The notes under the pieces: model-generated
What the model saw: the letters and a program-made list of their open reading frames with translations, nothing else
Told to the model about the DNA's origin: nothing
Database searches by the model: none
Program-made: the position numbers and the translations under genes
Shown here: positions 18,125 through 32,100 of the stretch, one piece after another
How positions within the stretch are numbered: position 1 is the first letter of the stretch
How the letters are laid out: each line of letters starts with the position of its first letter
Origin: Methanobacteriota archaeon
GTDB lineage: Archaea > Thermoplasmatota > Poseidoniia > Poseidoniales > Poseidoniaceae
DNA length: 64,000 bases
Direction of reading: 5' to 3'
NCBI GenBank assembly: GCA_038141355.1
Contig: JAYQHX010000002.1
Coordinates: forward strand, 1,214,478 to 1,278,477

Positions 18125-20898
18125 TCACTCAGATTCTTGAACACTTTCTGAAATAATTCGTTTCGCATCCTTCTTCAAGAATGGTGAATACAGTGGTGGC
18201 AAAATCATCAAACTTGAAATCAATGCCAATATGATGGCAACCACGAATACTTGACCGAACAATTGTAGTGGAACCAAGGATGATAGGTTGAGTACAGAAA
18301 ATCCTCCGGCGGTTGTCAACGCTGCACCAAACATTGCTCTACCTGTTGTTGCACTTGATTTAGACACCCATTCCGTAGGATCTGATTTTGGATTGTGTTC
18401 AACCTCTTCTTCCAAACGAGTGGTTAGGTGGACGGCATAATCAACTCCCAACCCTAAGGTCAAAGCACCAATCGTAACAGATTGTGAATTGAGTTGATAT
18501 CCTGTTAGTCCCATGATTCCATACACCCACACAACGACTACCATCAGTGGTATCCAAGTGACGAAACCTCTAGCAGCCCCTTGCACTATGTCTTGTTGTC
18601 TGACCGCATTTATTCCTATTAGCATACACAAAATTACTCCTGCTACAGTTGCGGTTGAAATTACAGCGGATTCTGCAACATCTGCTGTGACTTGCGCAAG
18701 AACCAATGACCTACCCGATATTTTCGCATCAAAATTATCGCCGTTTCCACTAGATACATCTGATAGTTTTGAGCTCAGCCCGGTCTCAAAATCAACTGAA
18801 TCCTGCCAATCTAGAGTAGCTGCTTGGAAGGATATCACGGTCTGTGAAGCATCAGAATTCAAATTCCCACTCGAAATGTTTCTGCCGTCTTCACTCAATA
18901 ACCAAGATTTCAAGTCGCTGTAAACTGATTCATCTGTATCTATATTTTCCAGCAAATTATCTAATTCAGGGAAATTTATTCTCGATTCTTCTAATATGCT
19001 CCAAAGCCCTACTGGGACACCATTTACCCCTTCAGTTGAGTCTAATTCTGCCATTACATCATCATACATCGCCTTACCTTCAGCAGAAACAACATCTCCA
19101 TTGATTACAACATACAATGGAGACGGACTGCTTTGGAATTCGTCGGCTATCAATAAAAAATCTTGAACTACTGGAACTGAATCATCAAAATTGTCCCCGT
19201 ATCGAAACCGACTTCTAATTGTTGGAATCCGACAAACATAGGAATAGAAACGATTATTGTGACAAGTATAACCTTTGCAGGCACCTTGGTAAGAGAACCA
19301 ATCCAGTTTGCTATCGGGCCGATTTCAACAGAACCTGATTTCTCTAATTTCAATTTCTTTGGAGGAATTAACATCATTAGAGCCGGTAAAACGGTAATAC
19401 TAAGAATGTAAATGTAAAACAAACCAATCGCTATGACAGTACCAAATGAAACCAAAAATTGTTGAGAGGAAAACCTGAATGAAAGGAAACCAACTATATC
19501 TGTAAAAATGGCAACCATCAATGCTGCTGAGGTCAATAATGTTCCTTTTCGAATCGCTTCCCTTCTTGCTTCAATTCCGAAATCCTTCAGAGTTTCTCTG
19601 TTCTGTGGATTCTTATTTTCTTCATCGATTAACTCTTCCCGTATTCTTGATACAACGTGCAATCCATAATCGACTCCGATTGCTAATAGTAAAATTGGAA
19701 TAGAGTTCATAGCAGCATTGAATACCATATTTACTCCAAGCAAAGTCAGCAAACCTGCAGTTCCGTAAGGTGCTAAAATCGCAAACACAGTCAAAATCAA
19801 AACGTTTGCTGTATCTCTTTTACTTCTGAATTTAGTCCACAATATGAATCCTAATAGCAACAAACAAACCGAGTTCAAAATCCCTAATTCCTTACCGATG
19901 TTCGCATTCTGACCGGTGGCTAATTGCGAGAATGAAAACACACTGACATCATCATCGCCGGTTTCTTCAACCGCTTTGGATAACAATTCCTCAGCCCAAA
20001 TTGCAACTGTCTCTTGAACATCACCTATGACTTCTGCATCGTGGACTTCCGGGTCGGTGACAACAACAAATGTCGTTAGGATAGGGCCGTCTGATTGCCA
20101 TGGATTTTCCTTGTCTTCCGCTGGTAAATTTGAAACCATTAATTGCTTGTAATCTATGGATTGCATGCCCATTAAAATACCGATTTTTCCAGAAATCTGT
20201 CCTGCGGCAGATGCCACTAAAGATGCGTTTTGGCCGAGATTTTCAAGCATGAACTCGATGTTGGAATTTATGTCAAACAAATTGGAAGAAATATTTGACC
20301 CATTATCTAAACGCAGTAGCCATTCAGAAGGATTTCCAGGATTCCAATTTCTCAACTCTTCGGCTGAAACTGGCATTGGCGAAGGTATCGAATCAATCTT
20401 ATCATTAAGTGCTGCAATTGTGGCATTACGGTTTTCACTTGTTGAGTTTGCAACTAGGTTTATGTGTTGAGCAAGAGAGAAAATCCAAGGCATATTGGTT
20501 TCAGGATCCTGTAATTTTAACCACTGAATAGCTGAACTTGCCATTCCATTATTTGCTTGGATACCGTATAGAGGATATTGGAATTCTTGTAAGTCTTGGT
20601 TTTCAAGTAAGATGGCTTCAAGCACAGCGAGATGTTGCCATGTACTATTTTCATACAAATCACCAGATTCGATTTTGTCGATAAATCGAATGAAATCTAT
20701 TGATGCTTGATATTCATCTTCAACTTCGTTCAGCAATTGTACTGTTTCATTGTCAGGAAAGAAAGCGTCTTCACTGTTATCAAAATTGATGAACATTGCA
20801 AAAGGTGAGAGAATCAAAACGGAGATCAGGAATATACATACTGCTGACTTAGGCCTATCAGCACTAAAACTTGTCATACTATCAAGAACAGATTTCAT
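18125..20898 (-). CDS. MMPL/RND family transporter (one -1 indel at ~19195-19198; ~925 aa joined)
   Basis: Duplicated RND halves with AIGVDYGLH and GLGVDYAVH motifs. G4 run needs G5 to read GFDTGDNFDDSVPVVQDFLLIADEF. GAGGTGA SD-like site upstream of ATG 20898. Confidence 0.9.
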
Positions 20899-20974
20899 GT
20901 CTATCACCTCACGTAGGAAACTTTCCTAGTTATATCCTATTGTTTACAAACAACTTTAGGAATTGATTTCTCTA

Positions 20975-21107
20975 TGGTGCCGGGAGCGGGGCTTGAACCC
21001 GCGACCTGCGGATGTCTCAGACATGAGAAGGGGTTTTTGGTACGTCTCAATTAGTTCTTTTGAACTGCCCTATGAGTCCGACGCGCCACCAACTACGCCA
21101 CCCCGGC
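20975..21107 (-). tRNA. trnM: Elongator tRNA-Met(CAU) with a 57-nt canonical intron (21014-21070) and encoded CCA
   Basis: Acceptor GCCGGGG/TCCCGGC (G1-C72), anticodon CAT, intron after A37. Bulge-helix-bulge: CGGA-CUCA-UAG-GGCA pairs with UGUC-UGAG-ACA-UCCG. T arm GCGGG-TTCAAGC-CCCGC. Confidence 0.93.
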
Positions 21108-21226
21108 ATGTAGCCTGCCCACCGCCCTCCCCTCTTTGAATAATGCGGCAAATATAATCCGACGATTTCACAAAATTTCCTAAATCGACCACAGCCTTCA
21201 TTCACTGTCAACTTACCGCATGAGCA

Positions 21227-22078
21227 ATGGTGGACATCAATACTGCCTTGGCTGCCGCGGCTACCGAAAGGAAAAATCGCGGCACTGGAGGCAAAGAGCG
21301 TAAAAAAAACCGCTCAGGTGCCGATATGGGGATAGAATCTTTCGACCCTGTCAAACACGTTGCTAAAGAAAAAGCAGAAACTATCTCAATGTGGTTGGTT
21401 TTGAGTTTCGGTGCGACTATCGCACTCCTCATGCGTTATGTGGCAATGCCAAGTTCTCAGGATAGCCCTGATTTGCTATGGTTTTTACCATTGATGTGTA
21501 TCTTCATCTTACCGTCTCTACATAGAGCAGTATTGCCTGAGAAATTTGTCGAACACTACACAAAAGGAACCTGGTTCAAGGCTTCATTTTTGCATGTTTT
21601 TACTTGGCTTGCTCTTACATTCATTCTAACCAATGCACCATTAGCAGATATTGTTGCTCCGCAAGTCGATAGTGGATGGGGCATGATATCTGAATCAGAG
21701 GAAGGTTATGATTTCACAAAATCATCTAGTGGTGAAGTATCACTGCTTGAAAACTACACAGGTAATCATTACATTGTAGTATCATTTTCTGACAATGTTT
21801 TAGCTTCTGGTGCAAGTTATACAATCTCTGCTGATTGGAGCGAAGAGACGGTTGGAAATTCTTGGACTAATATATCGGCAATCGATGACAAAGCACTAGA
21901 TGATGTTCGAACTCACAAAGACATCGATTATCCAATAGCCATACTTGTTCCAGATGGACTCGCAGCCGGATCATATGACATTTCAATCAACGTTGTAGAA
22001 GAAGGTGACCCTTGGGTGAATTCAAGGAATGTTGTTATGACAATCGTGATTGAGCAAATCCAAGAGTCAACCGAGTAG
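21227..22078 (+). CDS. Hypothetical membrane protein (basic N-terminus, ~4 TM, acidic C-terminal beta-rich domain)
   Basis: 283-aa ORF with clear hydrophobic segments; no family recognised. Confidence 0.7.
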   Translation: MVDINTALAAAATERKNRGTGGKERKKNRSGADMGIESFDPVKHVAKEKAETISMWLVLSFGATIALLMRYVAMPSSQDSPDLLWFLPLMCIFILPSLHRAVLPEKFVEHYTKGTWFKASFLHVFTWLALTFILTNAPLADIVAPQVDSGWGMISESEEGYDFTKSSSGEVSLLENYTGNHYIVVSFSDNVLASGASYTISADWSEETVGNSWTNISAIDDKALDDVRTHKDIDYPIAILVPDGLAAGSYDISINVVEEGDPWVNSRNVVMTIVIEQIQESTE

Positions 22079-23020
22079 TTTTGACAAGCGCGCTGTCAGT
22101 GCATCGAGTTGTATTGATTCTCCTCCACCTTCAACGAGTCTGAAATCGATTTCAGCCATCAATTCAGTTAAATCCAATTTTTGAATTTCTGAAAGAAAAT
22201 CTGTTGAATAAAGTTCTCGATGCAATTGGTTGACAAAATCGGTCCCAGCGAGCCCATACCTGTCTAACAATTCTCTAAGTCTCCTCCTCGCTGCATGGAA
22301 ACCATCTTGCTTGCATGCCATCAAATATTGATGCAGAGATTCTGGAGGGGCGGTTGCGCTTGTTTCATAGATTAATTCTCTTGAAACATTTGTTTCTAAA
22401 GCAGCGGCTACCTGTAGAGCAGTTATCGCTTTTCTAAGGTCTCCTTGTGAAATTCTGACCAGTGCTTCTGCTGCATCGTTAGCCAATGAGACCCCTTCCA
22501 GTTTTGCTACATCCATAACCTGACTCATTACCTCTGCATCGGGCAGAGGTCTGAATCTGAATACGGCACATCTGCTTTGAATCGGTTCGATGATTTTACT
22601 GGAATAATTGCATGATAATATGAATCGACAAGTATGAGCATATTGCTCCATTATTCTTCGCAATGCACCTTGAGCATCATTTGTCAAAGCGTCTGCTTCG
22701 TCCAAGAAAATTATTTTGAATTTCGCATCCCCGTATGGTGAAGTTCTAGCGAATTGTTTTACTTTGGACCTGATGCTTTCGAGTTTTCTTTCATCGCTCG
22801 CGTTCATTTCAAGAAGGTTATTTCTGTAATCTTCACCAAAAACATCTCTGGTCAATGCCATTGCAGCGGTTGTTTTTCCAGTACCAGGTGGCCCAGCAAA
22901 AAGTAAGTGAGGGAAATCAGAAACCTTTGCATAGGATGCTAATCTTTGAACCACTGATGACTGACCTCTGATGGCAGAAACAGTTCGAGGACGATGCCTC
23001 TCTACCCAAAGTTCGCTCAT
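22067..23020 (-). CDS. rfcS: Replication factor C small subunit
   Basis: WVERHRP, GPPGTGKTT, NASDER, FLDEAD, SRC motif. Start placed at MSELW (23020). No intein. Confidence 0.96.
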   Translation of the reverse strand: MSELWVERHRPRTVSAIRGQSSVVQRLASYAKVSDFPHLLFAGPPGTGKTTAAMALTRDVFGEDYRNNLLEMNASDERKLESIRSKVKQFARTSPYGDAKFKIIFLDEADALTNDAQGALRRIMEQYAHTCRFILSCNYSSKIIEPIQSRCAVFRFRPLPDAEVMSQVMDVAKLEGVSLANDAAEALVRISQGDLRKAITALQVAAALETNVSRELIYETSATAPPESLHQYLMACKQDGFHAARRRLRELLDRYGLAGTDFVNQLHRELYSTDFLSEIQKLDLTELMAEIDFRLVEGGGESIQLDALTARLSKLLG

Positions 23021-23045
23021 TAACAACCCGTCAAAACTGGATAAC

Positions 23046-23053
23046 TTTGAACC
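23046..23053 (-). promoter_or_regulatory. Candidate core promoter element GGTTCAAA preceded by GCGAA
   Basis: 33 nt upstream of the rfcS ATG at 23020. Confidence 0.5.
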
Positions 23054-23152
23054 TTCGCTTTGGATTAAAATTGTCATAATCCCAACAGCCACCCTACGGG
23101 TGGCTAGCCGAAAGGAAACTATACCTCCTCCTTGGTTGCAGAACCGAGCCCG

Positions 23153-26100
23153 ATGTCACAAATTGGTACAAACCCCCGAAAAACCGCTGTTTCAATTGTC
23201 TTAGTATTGATGTTCATTTTTGCTGATTTGGCATTACCTGAAGCCATTCCTGAGTGGAAAAACGAAGAGTTGAAAGAAGAAAATTTCATCCAAAAAACTA
23301 CGTCCTCCTCACGGTAAACATCGATACTGCAATCGATTCTTCTAATCCAAACACAAATTATGGGAGCGAGACTGAGGTCTCTTTAGGGTTCACTAGTTCG
23401 ACTGAGTCTAGAATTCTTATCGAATTCAACAACACCGTGCCAACCGGGGACATGGTACTATCTGCTAACTTGGAGTTGACATGTGGAATCGACCCAACGG
23501 ACCTTGACAACATCACAATTTATCCAACAAGGCTGAAGCAATCTTGGGATGAAGATAACGCTACATGGGGCTCAAGTGATTTCGGTGTAAACTGGAACGA
23601 ACCAGGAGCAAATGGATTGCAAGACAGGGATATTTGGTCTGTACCATTTTACGGATATTCTAACAACACATTCGTAATCAATGTCACAGAATTTGCTCAA
23701 GATGCTGTGATTAATTCCCGCAGCACAATTAATTTGCTGATTGCAGCCATTGGTCCAATCTACACATGCGCCATGTCTGAAAATTCAACAAACCAACCGT
23801 CACTTGAAATCGTTCACCAAGCCGGAACACATACCAGTGGAGGAACTCTATCTCCAAATTTTGTTGAAGATAATTCTCCTCTAATGGACATGACACAGTT
23901 CGTTCTTTCAGCGGATTTGACACCAGAGGCAACATGGGAAAATCAAAACGGTAGCGCTGTTCAAGTACAGTTCTCATTGTATGATTCTTTCAAAGGAGAA
24001 GAAGGAAATTGGTACTTTAATTCTGATGATAATAATTCATTATTCAACTGGAATAGCGTCGCTGGTACTGGATCAATGCAAGTTCCTGCAACCAATTCAT
24101 TCTCTAACGGAACAACAATGCATTACCGTATGCGAGCTGTAGATGCATCCGGAACAATAGGTAGTTGGGAATCTGGAAATTTCCACCTGCCTGAACACGA
24201 TGTCACTGTCGCAAACGGATTCGGTACCGTTTCGATAAATGCAAGTAGTCTGCAAATATCAGAGAGTACCATTGAAGATTCATTCGTAGATTCTGTTGGA
24301 AGTTATTCAAACACAAATTATGGATATGATGAAAATATTACAATTGGATCACACTCTTCTAGTCAGCAATACGGCCTAATGAGATTGAATTTAGACGATA
24401 TTGGAATGCACCTAAACTCAACAATCCAGTCTGCGATTTTGTCATTCGAGCGAAGTGATTATTCAGGAGACGCAGAAATTTCTTTCCACATAATGGACAA
24501 TACCGACTGGACTGAAAGCGGAGTGACCTGGAGAAGGTATGACGGTTCAAGTACATGGGATGACGGAGGAAGAACTACCTCAATGTCTGTTGGAAATTTC
24601 ACAGGTAGTCAAACATCATCTACTATCGAAGTAAACCTCACCGTAGCAATTCAGTATTGGCTAGACAATTATGCTAACGATATTCTAAACGGCCAATCAA
24701 CAACCGATTCACTAGAATTAATGTTGGTTGCATCGTCTTGGATGGAATCTGTTTCATCCTCTACGTCTGCAAAATTATGTTCCAGTGATGCACCTAATTG
24801 TGAGGTTCCGACTTTAGAAATCACATATGATTGGGATAGTACTGGAGCACCACAAATTCCGACACAAACATTGCCTCTAGACGGTCATGGCGTATGGAAT
24901 GTATCTAATCACAACCTTAGTGCTAACACAATGCCAACCCTTGAATGGGATGGTTCTATATCATGGACAGGAGATATGATTCTCGAAGTTGCATCAGATG
25001 TCGAATTCAGAAACATCATTCACTCATTTAACACAGCGACAACCTCAGAATTTGTCGAAACAGATGGAAATTGGAGTTTCGATGCCAGCCAATCCCTAGA
25101 CGACGGAGTAATGTATCATTGGAGAGTCGCACAACAAGATTCTTCAAACAATCACCACTCATGGTGGAATTCCTCCTCATTCCTTGTTTCATCCTTAGAA
25201 TCTGAATATATCCAGAGCGACGATGAAAGAAGAATGCGTCTATCTCACGGAAATGGTACAACTCTTGGTGATGCCCCAGTATGTCAAGACACATACATCG
25301 ACAGCGGTGATCCATCGGGCAATTACAATGATGAGTACGAGATGACTATCTCCTACAACACATACCCTGCTGAAACATCCTACCTCATGGGATGTGATTT
25401 GACCTCACACCTACTACCATCAGGTTATGCTGTAAAGACTGCAACTTTCAAATTCCAACTATCGTCAACTCCAAATGGAAACCCTGCGATTGGAGTTTGG
25501 GAAAGCAGACAACACAACTGGACTGAGGATACTGCTACTTGGCAGAAATTCGATGGTGCAAATTCATGGGGTACTTCCGGAGCCAAGGGGTGGGAAAGAA
25601 GTAGCCTGTTAGACACTGTCACACTAGGTAGCTCTTACTCAACGAATGATTGGGTTGAATTTGATGTCACCTCTTGCTGTTCAAAATGCAATGAGAGAAG
25701 GAAGAAGCGTGGACCTAATATTCGCAATGATCGGTTATGGTACAGGTGGAAACAGAGATGCTTACTTCTTTGGGAACAATCAAATCTCAAGCGTCCGGCC
25801 TGAAATATCATTCGTCTATGTACCAGGTTCCAATGCTATACCAGATACGCCGGTGCCAAACAGTCCACTCAACGGTTCTTGGGCAGTTGAGACTGGAATC
25901 AACCCTGCGCCAGATACCAAGCCACAATTGAACTGGAACTACAGTTCAAGTGGTGCAGCCGTTGGAGGATGGTCTATCGAATTAGATACAACGACAAGTT
26001 TTGATTCTCAGAAATTTTATGGCAACTAGTTGGACTGACAATGGTTTTGATGTGAACAATTCAACGTTTGATGTGCAAAACGAACTAGAAACCGGAAATA

Positions 26101-29100
26101 CATGGTACTGGAGAGTAAGAGCGACAAGTACCACAAACCAAATTGGAAATTGGTCATCTGTTTACAACTTCTTACTACCTGACATCACGACATGGCCAAT
26201 CGACAGCAATACTACTGCTGTTGAATTACATCATAGAGAAGCAATGCCTTCGCTAAATATACCCAATTTCATTGATTCGTGGGTAGCTGATTCAGGAGTA
26301 GGAAATACATCTAGTCAATTCTCCTCATCGAGTATAACTGTTGGAACAAGTAGTAGCGGAATAAATGCAACTGGTATGATGAAAATACCTCTTACTGCTT
26401 TGCCAAATCCACAAAATGCGCACATTAAGAATGCAACACTGAATTTGTATTCTCAAACCAGTTCTGATACTGGAAACGCAATCTCAATTCATCCATCCAC
26501 TGTAGCGTGGAACGAAAGTGCAAATGGAACCACATATGATGGCGTGAATAATTGGTCTGCCTTGGGGGCGACTGGTGCCGCAGACAGAGGATTCATGGGA
26601 GATATTCAGCAAACCGTCTCTTCAAATTGGATGACATTTGACATAACTGAATTAGTTCAACACGCATTTGCAAATGGAGATTCACATCTATCACTGATGA
26701 TTGTTGGCTCGGTTGGAGAAGGTCAAACATTCTTCACCTCCTCTGATGGTTCGAGTTCTGAGAGACCATGGGTGAACCTCACTTGGGCAACTGGAAACCC
26801 CTCTACTCCTGATTCAGCCGGAAGCAATTACCTACCAATGAATAATGACATTGTTTGGAATGTTTCTACACATGCACTATTACCTAATTTGACCCCTACA
26901 TTTACATGGAATCATTCATCTAACTCTGTAGATGATTGGAGAGTTTATGTTTGGAATGATGCATTTGATTCGAGACAGGGTTGGTCTGTTTTCGATAGTA
27001 GATTTGCTTCAACCAACGCTGGTTTTGACCTAGCAAATAATTCTTGGACACCTCAATTCAATCTAAGTGACGCTGAAACCTACAAGTGGTTTGTTCAGCC
27101 AATTACCGATGACATTCTTGGTGCAAGAGGGAACGACACTATATTCCATGTACCCAAGGAAACTGGAAGCATGATTAACTCAACTGATGCAGATCTCATA
27201 CTTAGAGAAGGAGAAATTGTTCCGTCTATGGCTTACCCTGCCATATTCATGGATACATTCATCGATTCAGGAACATCTAATACGCAATTTGAAACCTCAA
27301 CTTCGATGTATATGGGACAGTCGACTGTCACAACTTCATCAAATCACTACAGCCTAATGCTAATTCAAGTGGATTGGTCTACCCTGCCGATACCAGGAAC
27401 ATATGAATTTACAGAAGCATATCTTACACTGTACAAGCTTTCAGGAGGCACGGCTCAACAGGAAAACATCACAGTAGCAATTTGCGAAGTAAATGATGAC
27501 TGGAATGAAAGCGTGTCTTTCAACAACCCAAGAGGCAGTGGAACTTCATGGTCCTCCAACAGATGTGACATACCATTTGAGGTAACTGAAATCTCTTACA
27601 ATGATGCATCGATTGATTTCGACATCACATACGCAGTACAACATGCACATGCTTCAGGAAACGACAAAGTGAATTTGATGTTTTACGTTGCATCTGCCAC
27701 CACTGATGAGTGGGAATTCGCCTCTAGCGACCATACTATCGATGAAAGTAGAAGACCTGCTCTAGACCTTACTTGGAGAACTGGGGACCAGTGGTTGCCA
27801 AGTGCTTCTACTGGCCTTGGACCTGCTGATGATTCCACTCTTTGGAACACATCAGCATCACAGCCAATGGGTGTCGATTCTGTTGATTTGAATTGGACAA
27901 ACCAGGTTTCTAACGGAACAACATGGATTTTACAATTAAGCAAATCTCCTGATTTTGCTAGAGGCAATGACACATCGACATTCGACTTATCCGAAATCAA
28001 TTCATCGATTGGCGAATGGGATAGTCAGAACTTAACGTTCACTTTCGATGAAAACACCACATGGGGTGATTTCTGGACATACTGGAGAGTTAGAGTAGAC
28101 CAAGATTATCGTTTAGGAAAATGGTCTGATGCGCATAGTTTCAGAGTACCTAGAACGATTGGTGTGAGTGACGGAAATGGAAATGTCACCGTAGACCTAT
28201 ACCAAGGATCGATATTCTCATCATCAGGAAATCTACCAAATATTCCTGATGCAACAGTAGACTCAAACCAAGCCAATTCTAATCTAGAATCTGATGGCTA
28301 CTTGAATTTGGGAATCTCTTCGACGGGTACCGGTGAATCAAGGATATTCATTGAATTTGACCTCTCTGAAATACCATTCCCTGCAGCAATGACTCCTACC
28401 AACGCCCTGCTACAACTTGAAAGATTCAACGTGACTGGAACCTCTGCGTTAACAGTCAGTGCTCATGCTTGTAATTCTTTTACAGAATCATCTGTCACTT
28501 GGAATAGTTCACCGGTCTGTTCGTCCAATGAAATTACTCGCTCAACATTGCTTGTGTCCCAAAGTACAACACAAGTATGGGACGTAACATCACTTGCTCA
28601 ATCGAATATTGCAAATGGAAATACAACACTAACCATCATGCTAAAGGCCGTAGGAACTCCAGGGTCTAGTCATAAATTCTATGATAATACTGCACAGAAT
28701 GGAACCGATAGACCAAATTTAACATTGGAATATGTTGACAACGTCAATGGAATTATTCCACCTGGCCAGCCAACATTGAACTATCCTGATGATGGTTCTG
28801 TTCTTTACAACAATTCTGAATGGGTTTTGACATCCATGGATAAGCCACAACTGACATGGAACAATGTTTCAGATGCTACAGGATACATTGTGACCATCTC
28901 TGACGGAAATAATCAAGTTAGATACAACTCTGCAACTTCTTCCGAAATCTCTGGAACCACCTTCACCTTCTCTAACAACCTGACAACTGGTACGGTGTAT
29001 ACATGGTGGGTGCAGGCTCTGAATAACTCGATTCCTGGACCTTCATCTAGCAGGAGAACATTCGCTTTGGGAGACCCTGTTGAACATACATACAACGGAG

Positions 29101-32100
29101 ACAACACATGGACATACACTTTCCAAACAGGAAATGAAGTACCTGAATTTGGTCATACAAATATCAGAGATTCTTACCTCGGTAGCGGAAACGCAGACAC
29201 AAACCATGGTTCTGATTTAATCGCTGTTGGAGGGGATTGTGAAGGTACAGGAACAGAGTGTAGAGGAGTATTTGCGCTTGATAATGCACAAGTACCACTA
29301 CCTTTGGCCGCAAATATACATTCAGTATCAATCGAATTGATGGTCGAGACCGCACCTCAAAATGGATTCAATCTAAATGTTCACCGATTGTTAACAAACG
29401 CTTGGAACCAAGCTGGTTCGACCTGGAACAGTTCTTCCAGCGGAACACCATGGTCTGCAGGAGGAATGACTGCTGGTGTCGAATACGAAGCTACACCAAT
29501 ATCTACCACTTACATTTCACAGGGTACAACTGAAGTTTTCCTTGAGATAGGTCATGCTGGAATGCTGATGGATGGAGACTACGGTTGGGTAATTATCGGA
29601 TCCAACTACGGAGGTAATCCGTCATTTGTGAAGTTCTATTCAAGTGAATCTGCGCAATCATTCAAGCCAAAGATTTCTCTGAATTACACCGATGTTGATG
29701 ACATTATGTTGTCACCGATGTCCCAAACTACTGATGCTGACACTGTGGTTCAATTCTCTCACATACTACAGGATGCATTGGGTGCAAACATCGCTGGAGA
29801 TGTTGAATGGTCTGCAAGCAATGGAGTGATTGATGTGGATGGAAACTTTACACCTGAATTAGTAGGAAATCACACAATTACTGCATGTTTCGGTGTAATA
29901 TGCCGTTCAACAAACATCATTGTCACCCCAGGCGCTCCTGTCCTATTGGTTGTTGGAGATACTGAGGAAACAATCACTGCGGATGAATCATTCGAAATTT
30001 TAGCATTAATTCAAGACCAGCATGGAAACCTCGTATCAGGTGAAACAATCACATACACGCCGTCCAATGGTTCGATGACTGGAGCAACGTTCTATCCTTA
30101 CAGTTCTGGGGTCCAGACTGTTGTAGTTGGATGGAACGGCCAGAGTATCGATGTAGAAATTACCGTTAGTGGTGGAGCCCCTGTTTACTACCTTACATCT
30201 GGCTGTGAATCGGTAATTAGGGCCGGTACAACTTGCACTCTAACTTGGACTTTACATGACCAATACGGAAATATGCTCGACATAAATGATGGAGGAGGAA
30301 TCACTTGGAATGCAGGTGGTGGAGTATTCACTGAGGCAAATGGTACTTTCTTTGCAACAACTGTTGGAACATACAACATAACGATGCAATCAACAGGAGG
30401 AATATCTAATTCAGTTCCGATCATTGTTGACTATGGAGAAATGGCTTCACTTGAGGTGATTGCATCTTCAACATCCGTGACTGCTGATGATATTGTTTGG
30501 TTGAATACAACTCGAATTGATATTATGGGCAACAGATTACCAGTAGTAATTCCATTATCAAATTGGACGATAAGTGATGGTATGATCTATGAAGGCCAAC
30601 CTGCGGAATGGCATGCTCAAAGGAGAGGTACAAAATCTATCACAGCGAGTTATGCTGGAATGGATACCACTGTAGAAATACAAGTCACTGAAGGAGCAAT
30701 TACTGAATTAATTCTAACCATCGATGCTGAAGATTCTACATACGAAAGGTTCGACATAACCGCAGATGACGAATTGACAATCAAGGTAAAGGCGATGGAT
30801 GCTGATGAAAACCGGTGGACTGTAAATGTAGCTTGGACTGTTTTGCATCCACAGTATAATGACCAATCAGTACTAATGGATTTGACATATGGAAGTACAA
30901 CAAGGTTTGTTCCAGTATTTTCATCTGATTCATTCTATACTCTGGTTGCAACTTACACTGATGAAAACATTACACTAGATGCTAATATTACAATTATGGT
31001 TGAGCATGGTGACCTTGTAAAGGTTGAATTATTGAGTCCTACGAGTTTATTACAAAACATCGATGCTGATGATGATTTAACATTCATTCCAGAGTTAACA
31101 GATAGTGATGGAAATATCATTGACCCATCAAGAATAACATATACTTGGGCAGGAGGACCAGATGGAATAGTCAACATTACATCAATCATTATTGGGAATG
31201 GAGGAATTTGGGAAGCCACAGCTGTTGGTGAACAAACCATTACCGCCTGGGCAATCTCAGATGCTGGATACAATATTTCACAAACCGTTGCAATAAACGT
31301 TGATTATGGTAAATCACAGACTGTGGACATCGATGTTATCGCTGACACAGCAAAGGCAGGAGACGTATATGACATCATAATTACTGGAACTGACGCAGAC
31401 GGAAATCAATTCAATGAAAGCGTAATTTGGACTCAGAATGGCAAAGCTGTTCCACAGTCCACAATTTCTGGCATAGGAGGAGTTTATACATTCAGTGCTA
31501 CAACCGCAGGAGTACACACATTCAACTTCAAGTCGCCAAGTTCTCAGATGAATGAATGGACTGTGACTGTTTCTCCGCATCAAACTGTAGCGGTTATCAA
31601 TCTAACAATACTTGAGACAAACGTACCTCAGTTAGAATCTTTCCGAATCGAAGTCAAGACATTCGATGGGTGGGATAACCAAATCCCTGTACCTCCTGAA
31701 ACTGTTGTTAAACTGACTGGAAGGATGACTGCGGAAAGAGAAGGGCAAACTGGTAATTGGACTATTACTACCCTTGATGATGGCGAACAAATCGTGACTA
31801 TATCTGTTCACAACAAGGAAGAATCTGGTTCTATTATGGTTGATGGAACCTTCATGGGATTCTTTGAAGCAGGTGGACCATTGTATTACGCAGGAGGAGC
31901 TCTCGCGGTATTGATTGTGATTGTTCTCCTTGTGGTGATTACTATGGTATTACGTTCTGGTCGAGGTTTGGATTACGATGACGATGATGAGTATGAAGAT
32001 GAAGAAGATGATGATGACGAGCCAGCAGCATCTGGACCAGGCCCTAGTGCTGGGCCAGCAGGACCACCACCTCAACCAGTAGAACCTGAGAGGGAGGATT

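Noticed and set aside
21014-21070. Box C/D guide RNA within the tRNA-Met intron
   Set aside because: CUGA is present only as part of the BHB helix and there is no convincing RUGAUGA box.
22067-23020. Inteins in RFC (and LonB), both common intein hosts
   Set aside because: Lengths are normal and the motifs are contiguous.
23254-23300. N-terminus MEKRRVERRKFHP of the 849-aa ORF as a Tat signal
   Set aside because: It is an out-of-frame read of the true signal-anchor region; no hydrophobic stretch follows.
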